This document shows, piece by piece, positions 41,301 to 54,400 of a stretch of 64,000 nucleotides of DNA. The notes below the pieces were generated by a model. It did not search any database and was not told where the DNA came from. It saw only the letters and a list, made by a program, of their open reading frames with translations. Each line of letters opens with the position of its first letter. The stretch's first letter is position 1. The position numbers and the translations under genes were made by a program. The DNA is from Octopus vulgaris (taxonomy: Eukaryota), in assembly GCA_951406725.2 (NCBI GenBank), contig OX597819.1, positions 55,552,001 to 55,616,000 on the forward strand, given 5' to 3'.

Positions 41301-44300
41301 TTACTTATTTCTTTGGATAAAACAGCAGCTATTGCCCATACAAATTTCCTTAATTCACTTTTCACATGAATAATCTTAATTTTCAACACTAAATAGACAA
41401 TGGATGCCTCGCTACAATTTATCTGGATAAAAGACCGAAAGGTTACTTCCAAGAATGTCGATCAGACCTGGCATCAATTACTTTAACAACTTACCACTTA
41501 ACTGCTGCAAGCCCACGTTTTTCTTTCTATAAGACTTTCCTAAAAGTGACATACCTATACTCATATTAAAAAAAAACAAAAAAAAAAAAACAACTTACAT
41601 CGTCATTCATAGATAATGCCTCTATAAGAGATTCTCTGTCCGAGAAGTAAACATAACCAAATCCACGAGATCCTCTGTCAAGCGGCAACCTGATTTCGGA
41701 TACCTAATAAATGAAAGGAATTTAGTAAACTGTCCTCATATGTTTAAACATACATGTATATAAAATAAGAAATCTCACAGTAAGCATGCATGCATGCAAT
41801 CACACATTAAAATGTCTTACCTTCAGCTTCGAAAAAAATTTGGCAATTTTTTCTTGCTCGATATCATATGGTAGATTTCCGATATAAGCTATAAATGGGG
41901 CTGTTTGTGGGATACTTTCAAGGTTAATATCAGGACCTCGTGCTGCCCTTGGTGCCGTTGGCAGCATGGAACGGTCAATAACAGTTTTATAGGTACTATC
42001 TCCATAATCTCTCCCTAAAAGAAAAAGGTTCTTAAAATATAATTAAGTCCGTAAAATTTGCCAAACTTGGAGCAAAAAATTTTTAGTTCAGAAGTTTGTT
42101 TATAAAAAAAAAACAAAAACATCTGATTATCTTGAAAACAAAGTAAATAAGATGAGACAAAAATGACAAAATATTAAACCAAGAAATATATCAAGCATTA
42201 GTTTGAAAATTAAACTATTGTACTGCACCAGCTATCAATAAAATAGGATGCTTATTTTAATGGTTTTTTTTTCTGAGAGCAAAATCAAGTAAATACTGTA
42301 TTTTTTTGGCATGTAAGACATGCATATTTTGTGAGAAAAACATAAACTTGAAAATTATTGGCCATCTTCCACAATGTTTGAGAACTGCAGAACAATTAGG
42401 TGGAGGTGGCCACTGTTTGGTGATTTTGCTCAACAACAAGCACAAGAATGCTACTGGCTTGCCCACCAATTTTGTTTTTTATAACAGGCATCTATCATGT
42501 GCCTGATAGGCACTGCCTCTCCATGTGGCTAGGGATTTGGTGATTAAGAAATTTTCCTCCTAGAATAAGATGCATCCTCTACCAAGCCCTGATATATGGA
42601 GGTAGCATCAAAAAGACAAATATAACTTTTTCTAAAATGAAGTTTGTGTAGTAAAATATTTTCAAATAAAATTGATTAAAAACACAGACAAGAGTTCAAT
42701 GAATTTTGATTCATAAATGCACCACAGATTCCATTAAAATAATAAAACTAAACTTCCCCCCACAACACATTCATAGCACTCAAGTAGGATGGTTTTATCA
42801 AATTTAGAGAATGCACATACAGGGAGCAGATCTTTTTACAGCTATACGATATCATACTTATCACTGAAGTATGCATTAAAAAAAAACCTTCTTGTTAATT
42901 GAGAGAAGCAAGGTTTGAATTCATGACCATGCAAGATAACAAAAGTCAAGCACCTCTACTCCACCAAATGAAATTCAGTAATCTTATTATTCAATATTTA
43001 ACTGCATTTTGTATTTCCAATAACAATGATAAATTTTATTGATGTTCAATGATTAAACTATATAAAGCTATGGAAATATTAAACTTTTTTAAAATTGGTT
43101 ATATTTTCTCACCTCACCTAACTTCTTAAGAGAGGTAATTTGATTATAGGTAGAACGTTTTCACATATATTTACAAGATTTTTTTTATTCCTAGGCACTG
43201 ATTTAGTGTTTCAGAGCTGACGTGTTTAGTATTTCCTATAACTAAAAAGCTGCACCACTCCCATTAAAAAATGCATTCCAAGATATATTGTCATTTCCCA
43301 CATTGATGCAATGAAGGCAGTGTTGCCTTGTTGATGTGCATATTTAGTCTCATCACTCAGCTTGACAAAAGTTGCTTTAGGAAAAAGTTTTGAACACCCA
43401 ATGAGCTTTGCTTTAAGTTCAAAATTTTCATGACACTACATTACTAACAACAGCATTGATGCAGTGATCAACTACATGATCACTCCACTCCTGCCAAGAA
43501 TCAACAAATTCTGATCAATATGACATGGATTATTAGCATGTATGGATGGCACTGAAATGAGAGCTTGGAAGCTCTCCTATTTTTGAATTATCAAATTAAT
43601 AATAAACAATGAAGAAATATCACCAAATTCTAACCACCATACGATGCTCAAAAATTGAGGGGAAAACATCAATTCCAAAACAATAATTTTTAAAATTGCT
43701 GTTACATATATTTCAGGACACATTTAGTCATGTACTAGTGGAACTATACTTAAAGAGTTGATGTTTGTTGGATTAAACCTATTAGATACTATTTAGGTAA
43801 AGGTTAGCAGAGAAAATGTGCATTTTTAATTCATCAGTATTGTTTATGTTGAAGTTTACAGGTTAGTTTATTGAAATCCATCACAGCCACACGAATGGGC
43901 AAAGTGATACACAAACATTTTGTCATACACTTCACTGAATGCTGTCACAACTTATGCAAATATTGAGGAAAAAGTGATATTTTAATAAGCATTTTTTTTT
44001 TATTAGAAACATTGTGATATCAAATAAATTGTTTCAATGGTAAACTCATAGACAATGCTCTAGAGGATCTTTTCGGTTTGAATGGCAGTTTTTTCTAGCA
44101 GCGTCATATGAAATTGTCACCCATAATTATGACCCTAGAATCGATCTATTGCATTTCAATGGGGTTGGGGAAGGGTATCTTTTTTTCTTCACAAATGTAA
44201 ATAAACCCAATCTGTTTCTTAAACAAGGGACATATTCATACGGCACAGAATGTTTTTTTTTTTTTTACCTCAATGGACGTTACTGATTGGTTGAAATTGC

Positions 44301-47300
44301 AGAAATTGAAGAAAAAAAAAAAAAACAAATATCTTACAAACTATAGAATTTTCTCAATAAAGCCAAGAGAAAAATGTTTTATAAACACATTCTACCAGTA
44401 TATGAAGTTTAAAATTTTTTTAGTTACCTAGAAATTATGTTAAAAACTGCTGTTCAAGCCGAAAAGATCGGCTATAGATAACAACATGTAGAATAATGGG
44501 TCAAAAACACTCTTGGATAGAAAAAAGTTGATGGCTGAGATGTGTTACCATTCCACAGGTAGCCATTGCCATTTTTTTTCTATTCAAGGGATTTTAAACC
44601 CAATATTCTACATACCATTATTTATAACTTCATCTACTTGGAGATTCCCTATTAAAATGATTTGTTTGATATTTCAGTATTTGAAAGGTGTGACAGAAAA
44701 GCAGGCAAGTGCCTCAAAATAACTTTTATTTCTTAATATACTTACCATCAAGATCAAGACTTGCAGCTTCTTCCGCCCAAGAATTCATTGTCTGCCTTGT
44801 CCGCACAATATTGCTACCTGGTCCCCCAGGTAACCCACGCTGTTCATCTGCCAGAAAGTCATTTAGATTAAAAGTCTTTCCTTTCCGCTTCTTCTGTTTT
44901 TTACCTAGAAGAGAAAAAGTAAGATTTACAAAATAAATGTTTTACATTGGAAATGGTCTAGAAATTTGTTGTAATAGGCATGCATTTCCTAAACTGCTAC
45001 TAGTAAAGTAAGGAAAATGGTAAGCTGGCTTGATCTGCCATGAGCACACTATTGTCACAAGGTCTTAATAAATGGGGAGGTAGTATTTTGGCAGTGCTAA
45101 TTCAATGCTGAATTATTTGACATCAGATGTTCAAATGTCCCTCCTGTTCTCTCCCTCTTCACCTCTGTTTATGTGAGGGTATATTTCTCTTTAAGTACAC
45201 GAGAAACTGGCTGGGTATCCGTTGGTTATGATGACAAGTGTTTCAGTTGATTTGATCAACAGCAAAGTCTGCTTGTGAAATTAATGTGCAAGTGGCTGAG
45301 TACTCCACAGACATAGATACCCTTAATGTAATTATCAAAGAGTTTCAGCCAGACATACCGAATGACAATGCTGGCCCTTTGAAATACAGATAGAGAACTA
45401 ATTTCTGCCAGCTGAATGTAGAATAAAGTGTCTTGCTCAAAGACACAACACGCTGCCAGAAACCGAACTCACAACTTTATGATTGTGAGCCAAATATACT
45501 AACCACTAAGTCACGTGCTTTCATGAGGAGAAAGGACAGTGTTTATGTCAGTTGTGTTCAATTGATAATTTGCAATGTTGCTCTCTCTCTCTATCTGTAT
45601 ATACGCGTGTCTATGTTTGCCTCCAGTACCGAAAAGTACGACTGTTCAGTCAACCAAGAGAAATCATCAGTGTCCAAATGAACTATGCCCAATCACTTCA
45701 TTCTATAATAAACATGAGAAAATTGGAAACTAAATCAAGCACAGATATGCCTTATTAAACCATAAAATCCTGATCACCAAATATTCACCAAGAACTAAAG
45801 GTGTTGTGCCTTGATGGCAATATAGCACAAACAAGAAAAGCGCTTGCTGATAGCTATCTTATGACTGTACACTTCCTTTGGAAATTTTATTTTATTAGTT
45901 TACTAGCAGTATCGCCCGGCGTTGCTCAGGTTTGTAAGGGAAATAACTATAAAGCATTTTTAGAGAGTTATAGCCAAAAAATAGCAAAAAAATGGAAAAA
46001 AAATGATGGTAAATTTTTTTTTGAGAGTAAAAAAAGGTTGAGTTGCGTCCCCAAGACAGTCTGTGGTTTGTTTTTTTTTATTCTCGACCCCATGTCGAAT
46101 TTATCGATTTTTTTCAGAACTGGGGGAACTTTTCAAAATTTTCGCTGCGTTAGTTTTGAATTATGACATTGGGCTATGTGTGTGTCAAGTTTCATCAGAA
46201 TCGGTCGAAAGCCGTGGTCAGGGTGAGGGTACAACCTAACAGACACACAGAAACACACACAGACAAACTGCCGTTTATATAGAGAGAGATACACTCAAGT
46301 TGCTATGAAAAACTCTTATAAATGTTTTAAAACAGTTAACTTTTTGGTGAGCAATTTTAGTTACAATAGAATTTAGAATTAATTTTACTCCACAAAACAA
46401 TGCAAAAGTTACTTTACAACTGATAACAATTGATTCCAATGATGAATATGAAGGGTTTTCTCTCTCACAACATTGAAAAAATCAAGAACTGATTCAATTT
46501 TACTATGAGATGCAGATAGCATTTCTGATGCTGAAATGAGTCATAGAGCTTAGTAAGCCAAAAGCCACATGAAACAGACCCAGGTAAAAAATGAAAATCA
46601 GAAGTATTTATAGATACAGTGGGATAGAGTGTTTATTTTCCTGTTACCTAGTAGAGAAATTCGTTGCCAAACTATCACCATCTTGAAAGGAAATCCAATC
46701 AACAGTTGAGAGAGCCAGCCATTGGGGTAAGGCTGAACAGGTATGACAGAAACTGGTTAAAGAAGTTATGTATGGCAAGTCTGTATGGCAAGTCAGCCCT
46801 GTATGACTCCAGAATTTGAATGGTATTGAAGATCCCAAAATGAAGGACCTAAGTTAAGATCAAATACTAGACAGCAGATCCAGTAGGTAGGGCTTCACAT
46901 CTGGAAGTGGGAGTGGAAAACTGTAAAGCTGCTAAAAAGCAAGGCTCCAAAACAGAGCGCATTCTCATCTGATGGTCCTTGTAACCTACTGTTGTCAGTA
47001 GGCGGAGCTTTCAATTGGCAGCACCCGCACAAGCAAGTTGTTTCTCTCTTTAAGGAGATAGGACAGAATAGACAAGAGTTTATTTCTTTATTGGAAACTA
47101 AATCATGTTCTGAATTTCCAATTTTGTAGACATTTTGTCATGGCTGTGTGTGGGGGTTGAAGATTGAGTAAGTGGGGGATAAAACTGACATGATTTCCAA
47201 CTTTTAAGCCAGTCTAATTAAAGAAATTTCAATCAGTGATAATTTCTATCCTGCCAAAACCAAAGACCGAAGCAGGGAACTTTTAGATCTTCAGTTTAAT

Positions 47301-48381
47301 GCCTTCAACTGAGCTAGTTTGATTAAATACAATAGGTCTCATAATCTCAGCCCTTTGTCTGTTTGAAGCATTTTCTTAAGTTTGTTTACAGCCTCTGTGC
47401 ATATAAAACTTTCCTTTCATAAGTCCCAAGTTATTCTGGAGATAGAAAAGAACTGGGAATGAATATCATAAATGATGCACAGATGCTAGGGAAATATGTG
47501 ATAAACAGCACAGGTAAAGGGTTAAGAAATATACATTTACAATCTTTTAACTGAGAATATTTTGTTTAAAATATGTTAAATAATGAGTAGAGAAAAAGGC
47601 TTGTTTCAAATTAGGGTTTTGTCGTTATGCAATGTTACACCTTCCCATTATATATAGGTTAGATTTGTCTGAAATCTATGTATTTACATAACAAAAAAGA
47701 TGTATTGCAGCTATGGAACACTTCTAAACACCAGACATGTCAAGGTTTAATGTATATACGCACACACAATTATCTAGTTCTTGCTCCACCTGTTGAAAAC
47801 AGCTGCCTAAAATCTTACAAATCAGATTCTCAAATAAAGATTGTATTGAACAACATTGTTCCTCACATAAAAATCATTATTTACATCCTTCTGCTTTAAA
47901 TTATGAAAGGTTTCATTGAACAATGTGACACGATTGGGTTTCTTTCAGTTTCCATCTACCAAATCTGCTCACAAGACTTTGTTGGCCCACGGCTTAAGTA
48001 GAAGTTGCATAGGTGCTATGCAGTGGGACTGAACCCAAAACACATGATTGCAAAGTAAACTTCTTAATCACACAGCTAAGCTGCCTTATCCTCATACACA
48101 CATCATTGTTCCATGCTTGTATGAAAAAGATGGAGCGTATCAAGGCAGATTTTCTTTGAGTGAGTGCCCTTCCTGTCACCAACCCTCACCTATTTCCAAA
48201 CAAGGCAATATTTCCCTATGACCGGGTTAGGCTGGCTCAGGGGTAAAACAGAAGGCACAAAGTGCCATGCAGTGGGACTGAAGCTGGAAAGCAAACTGCT
48301 TCCCACAGAGCTATGCTTATGCCTTTATATACATCTTTTACTTATTCTATAGGTCTCTTTTGCTGAACCACTAAGTCACAC

Positions 48382-48428
<47 letters not shown>

Positions 48429-51400
48429 CACGCGACAGGCTCTCACATCTACTCACAAAGCTTAGATTAGCTGGGATAGAGTGTCTGGCTATAGTAGATG
48501 ATACCTGCTCATGGTACCAGGCAGTGGGATTGAACTTGGAGCCATGTGGTTGGGAAGCAAGCAGCATTAATAATACCAATAAGGCTTCCAAAACAAGGTT
48601 TTTATTGTTACATGTAAACATTATATGTACAAGCAAATCAAATTCTAACTTTAGCTGGTTCCATAAATACCTCTCCAGTAATGCTTACAGCTACGTTATG
48701 TAGTAGCTTAAATCACTATAACTTCATTGTCTAAACCGACACTCCCGGCACCTTTCAATGTTTACTAAAACTTTAAATTTTACTGATTTCCGTTTTCTGC
48801 AAAAATCTTCAAAATCAGCTTCTTTTGTTTAAGTCATATAAAGTTGATGATGTGAAAGTCCTTACAGATGTTCCTTTAAGAATTTCTTCAGCAATTTGAC
48901 TTTTTTAAGCACTAGTATGATTATTTGATCTCACATTTTTCTTGGATAGCACTTTGAAGGGCTAAAAATCCACTTAAATACTGGCAGGAGTAGAAATGTA
49001 TCATCAAAACACATGGCTGTAGTCAACAATGTTTAGCAGTGTTGTGCTGCCATGGTGCCAGGTTGCAAATGAATGCTTTGTAATTCTAAATACCAACAGA
49101 AGGTCATAGAAGAAGACCAGGAAGATAGAAAGAGTAAGGGAGAAAATAAAAAAACTTTTTAAAGGCTTCACCAAGTGTGGGCAGTGTACATGATTCTTTT
49201 CAGAGACAATATCTGAATGCATGTAATGAAGTGGACTCTGATAAAGGCATCCAAGAGCCATGTGATACTATTAAACTGAACTACTGGCCATGAATAAGTA
49301 TTGTCATTCTGATGAGAATCCACAGTTTCAGTCAACTAAATTTCATTCACAAGACTTTGATCTGAGGCTTGTTGTAGGAGAAACTTGTCCAAAGTTCCAT
49401 GCAGTGGGATCAAATTAGCAACTGTCATTGTCATCATCATCATCATCATTAACATCCCTTTCCCATGCTGACAGGGACTGGAAGGTACAACAGGATCTGA
49501 TAAGCTAAAGGGATGTGCTGAGCTCCAATATTGGGTATGATTTTTACAGCTGGATCCTTCCCTAACATCAACCACTTTACTGAGTACCTCAGAGTAGACT
49601 GGATGCTTTCTTCATGGCACCAGCACTACCAAGTAAGCACAAGACAAGACCTTTCAATTGAATGGGTATAGTACAGACAGATGTGATTGAGTAACTGTCT
49701 TGCAGAAGAGATGAATACAAGTAATCACTAAATGAAAATCCACAAAGAGAAAGGCTCTTTGATGCCAGAAAACAATTCATATCATGTAACATGATTGTAT
49801 TGTAAAATCAAAACTAGAAAGAAACCTAAAACAAATAAGACTGGTGTTGAGTGTTTTGCCAGATTACCAGTCGGGTCCCACTGCAGAAAGTACGAGGAAT
49901 CTGAAGCTCAAAAAGTGCAGATGATAATGTGTAATCAGATGATTTCCTTCTTAGACCATCACATTTCTTAGTACTATTCAGTATTTCCAATGGACACGGT
50001 ATACTGTTTGTCTTTTACTAAAAGGGCAATGCCCTGTCAGTCATTAACAGTCTTTTTTCAGTTTGGTTATTTTGCTAGATGAAACACATGTGAAGATGGA
50101 GATTAAAATAATTCTATGTGTTTCTGTGCACATCTCTTAACATTTTTTCATGCTGGTGTGGGTTGGATAAGACTTACTGATCCAGTATTCTACGGTTGCA
50201 GGTTCTTGTTTCTAGCCCTTACCTACTTTTCAGGCGAGGCATTGTTATTCCGCTCATTTTCAAATGTTGAACTGTGTTTATACAAGATGTAAACCATTGC
50301 TCAAACAGTGTCAATACAAAGATGTACAAATGAACACCCACTCACAAGTCTTCATACAGTTTCTGGGTACCAAATACAACTCGCAAGTCATTGGCTAGTC
50401 CAAGGCTATACTAGTAGGTCCTTGCCCAAAGTAAAACACTGGAATAGAACCTCAAACCACATAGTTTTGAAGCAAACTTCACAACCATGTACATCTACAC
50501 ACAGTTATATACTCTCTTACTTGTTTCAGTCATTTGACTGTGGCCACGCTGGGGCACCGCCTTTAGTCGAGCAAATCGACCCCAGGACCTATTCTTTGTA
50601 ATCCTAGTACTTATTCTATCAGTCTCTTTTTGCTGAACCGCTAAGTTACGGAGATGTAAACACACCAGCATCGGTTGTCAAGCGATGTGGGGGGGGGGGG
50701 GCACAAATACACACGCATATATATACATATACACGACGAGCTTCTTTCAGTTTCCGTCTACCAAATCCACTCACAAGGCTTTGGTCAGCCTGAGGCTATA
50801 GTAGAAGATACCTGCTCAAGGTGCCATGCAGTGGGACTGAACCCAGAACCTATTTCTTTATTAAGAAATATTTATTTCGAACCATGTGGTTGGTAAGCAG
50901 GCTACTTAACACACAGCCATTCCCGCGCCTGTATGTTCAGAATGCTTAAATTAATTGGTAAAAATATTCTGAACCTAACTGAAAGTAAAATGTAATAAGC
51001 TGCATTAAAATTTCAAACATTATGGATAATTTCAAAAATAAATCAGATTTAATGGTTTCTATGAGCAAGAATCTTTTAGAATCAGTTTGGCTTTTAAGAA
51101 TAAGATGTTAGCATATTTCTCAATTTTAGCAACACATTTTCAGGAAAAAAAGTTCTTAAGGCATTGAAGCACATAATATTTCAAGCAATCTTGCATTAGG
51201 ATCTGTGGTGATTTTTGAGTCATTTTTTGGAAAAAAATGCATGTCTTATACGACATCAAATACAGTAATCTTTCTTATTACATTCACGTCATGTTTGTAT
51301 AACAATGCTTTAGTCTCCGAAAGGAAGGTATAAGTATCTAATGAAATTCATTTCTCTTAAAATAGTCTTTTTTCTCATTTGTTTTAGATAACCTTTTAGA

Positions 51401-54400
51401 TTTACAAACTGGTAAACAAAAATATTCTCAATTCTTTTGTGGTATTTTGATATCCTTTTGACAGAAATAGGCAATAATTTTGTAAGTTTTGTCAAATGCT
51501 TAATAGTAATTTCGTTAATAAATAATACAAAAAGCCACAATTGTATGGCTAGTCATCAATCGAAACAAGTTACAGTACTGAAAAGTAGCACTATGTTTCA
51601 CATGGACCATGTATGTTGTTGGCTTTCAATCAATATAAGAAATATATGATTAGTCTAATTAAAAATAGAGGAATTGGAATGATTTATGTTTTTTTTAATG
51701 ACTCCACAGTCCTGATCAAAATGATATAATAAATTGATATGTCTATATCAAAAATGCAAAGAAAATGAATATACATACATGTATATAAATCATTCAATGA
51801 CAAGAGGACAGAGGAATTACACAATGAAATTCATTAGCTTACAGCTGTTTCTATTATAGAAAGCAGTGCACTCTGAGCTAAGTGTTTGTAAAACATCTCA
51901 TAGCTTCCTGGGAGCCATTGAAAGTCATTTGTTGCTCATTTAACCTAAGATGGTCAGTCAGTGCTGTTATAAAATTAGGCAGCGTGATTAATTCAATTTA
52001 AGTACAATACTTGCTAGCTGAACTTTCAATCAACTCTTCACACAACCTTAACCCTTCACAACTTTATTAACATGCTAAACTCACTCAGCTCATTAATTTC
52101 TTTTATATTTATTGCGTAAGACGTCAGCACATTTAAAATAGTTAAAGACAATATATAACTTATATTACAAAGATTTAAATATCACTTTTAAGGAATGCAA
52201 GTTTTAATACTCCATGAAACATACTATTTTTTAAAACATATTTCTAGGTCTTTATTTTATTTATTATACGCCCTTTTCAAGACTAGCCAGGCTCATGGGC
52301 CCGGTTTCCTGGTTTCTATAGCATATGTGTTACCCTTCAGCTGGACAGGATGCCAGTCCATCGCAGCGTTACTCAAGAAACAGGAAGAAAGAGTGAGAGA
52401 AAGTCGGGGCGAAAGAGTGCAACAGGGGTTGCGACCACTCCCTGCCGAAGCCTCGTGGAGCTTTAGATGTTTTCGTACAATAAAAACACACAACACCCGG
52501 TCTGGGAATCGAAACCATGATCCTCCGACATTGAGTCCGCTGCCCTAACCACTGGGCCATTGCGCCTCCCTAGGTCTTTATAGCTTGTGTTGTTTGCCTG
52601 TTTTGCTTAGAAAATTATTATTTTGGGTGTGTTTGATATATATTAACCCTTTAACATTCAAATTACTGTCAAATGTAATGCATATTTGTTCACATTGGTT
52701 CGAATTAAGCATACACAATCTAACAGCTTTGAGATTTTGATGATGTGATTGTTTTATGTTTAGAATGACATTGTCGGGTAGGTGTGAGAGGCCGGATCTG
52801 GTTGGTTTGAACATAAAAACAAGTAGAATATTTAGATCAGATACTCTTTTACTTGTTTCAGTCATTTGACTGTGGCCATGCTGGAGCACTGCCTTTAGTC
52901 GAGCAAATCGACCACAAGACTTATTCTTTGGAAGCCTAGTACTTATTCTATCGGTCTCTTTTGCCGAACCGCTAAGTTACAGTGATGTAAACACACCAGC
53001 ATCGGTTGTCAAGCAATGTTGGTGGTGACAAACACAGACACATAAACACACATATATACAATGGGCTTCTTTCAGTTTCCGCCTACCAAATCCATTCACA
53101 AGGCTTTGGTCGGCCCAAGGCTATAGTAGAAGACACTTGCCCAAGGTACCACGCAGTGGGTTGGAACCTGGAACCATGTGGTTGGGAAGCAAGTTTCTTA
53201 CCACACAGCCACTCTTGCTCCCAATAAAACTGGTTTATATGCTAAAGAGTTAAACCTAAACTATGCTGAGAATTAGCTTTAGAAGGATAAAAACTAATTA
53301 CAATTCTAAGCAACTGACAGTCAGAAGGTTCCAATTAGCTTTCAAATACTTCCACATTGGGTATCTTTATCAGCAACAAATTCAAATCGTATCTATAGAA
53401 ATAATTGCATTATGGAAAATCTCTTTTTAGCAGTTGTATGTTACCACTACCCTGACACTAAGGTTGATGGCTCCATTTCACTCAACATGGCTGTCACTCT
53501 GAAAATCATTACAATCTATATAATTTGGAAGTATTTTCTTTCTCAAGCATTTCCCAACTATTTATATTGAAAAAAAAAAAAAATCTACCAATTAGTGTAA
53601 AGGAATTCAATTCACTGCTGTAATTCTTCTCCTCCATTATCTTGTATGGCCATTCTGTTATTATTTTGTCTCAGTTGACTGTAGCCATGCTGGAGCACCG
53701 CCTTAAAGGGTTTTAATCGAAGAACTCGACTCCAGGACTTATTCTTTGTCCGATTAGAGCTTATTCTTAAGTTACGGAGACATAAACACACCAGCATCGG
53801 TTGACAAACACAGACACAAACATATATATATATATATATATATACGACGGGCTTCTTTCAGTTTCTGTCTACCAAATCTATCCACAAAGTTTTGGTCTGC
53901 TCGGGGGTATAGCAGAAAACACTCGCCCAAGGTGCCACGCTGTAGGACTAAACTCGGAACCATGCGGTTGGGAAACAAGCTTAACAGATAAAGCTCTTCT
54001 TCTACAGAAACCTTGAGCATAAATGAAGATTAATAACAAGGCGAAACCATCGATAAATTGAAAAAATAAACGTTAACTAGAAAGACATCTAGAAGCTGTT
54101 TAGGTGGCCTCTAAACTAGTGTTAGAAATTAACATATGCGCTTTCTTAAAGTAATTTTTAAAACCCAAGTTTGTCTTAATGACTAAATTATCACGATATC
54201 AGGCCCAGATTATTCTAGTGACTGCTGAACTGATAAAAATATTTACGAAGATACTCTTCTGAAATATCGCAAATTTAGAGAGAACATGGAACTTGCACCA
54301 GTTGACCAAATTCATACAGATTAACATCGGGAAGTTTGGGGGGAAAGTATTAAAAATTTTACCAAAAATATTTGGAAGGAATTAGATAATTGAAACTTAT

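Noticed and set aside
48700-48980. Possible Tigger N-terminal HTH fossil on the minus strand
   Set aside because: Too degenerate to support without a profile search
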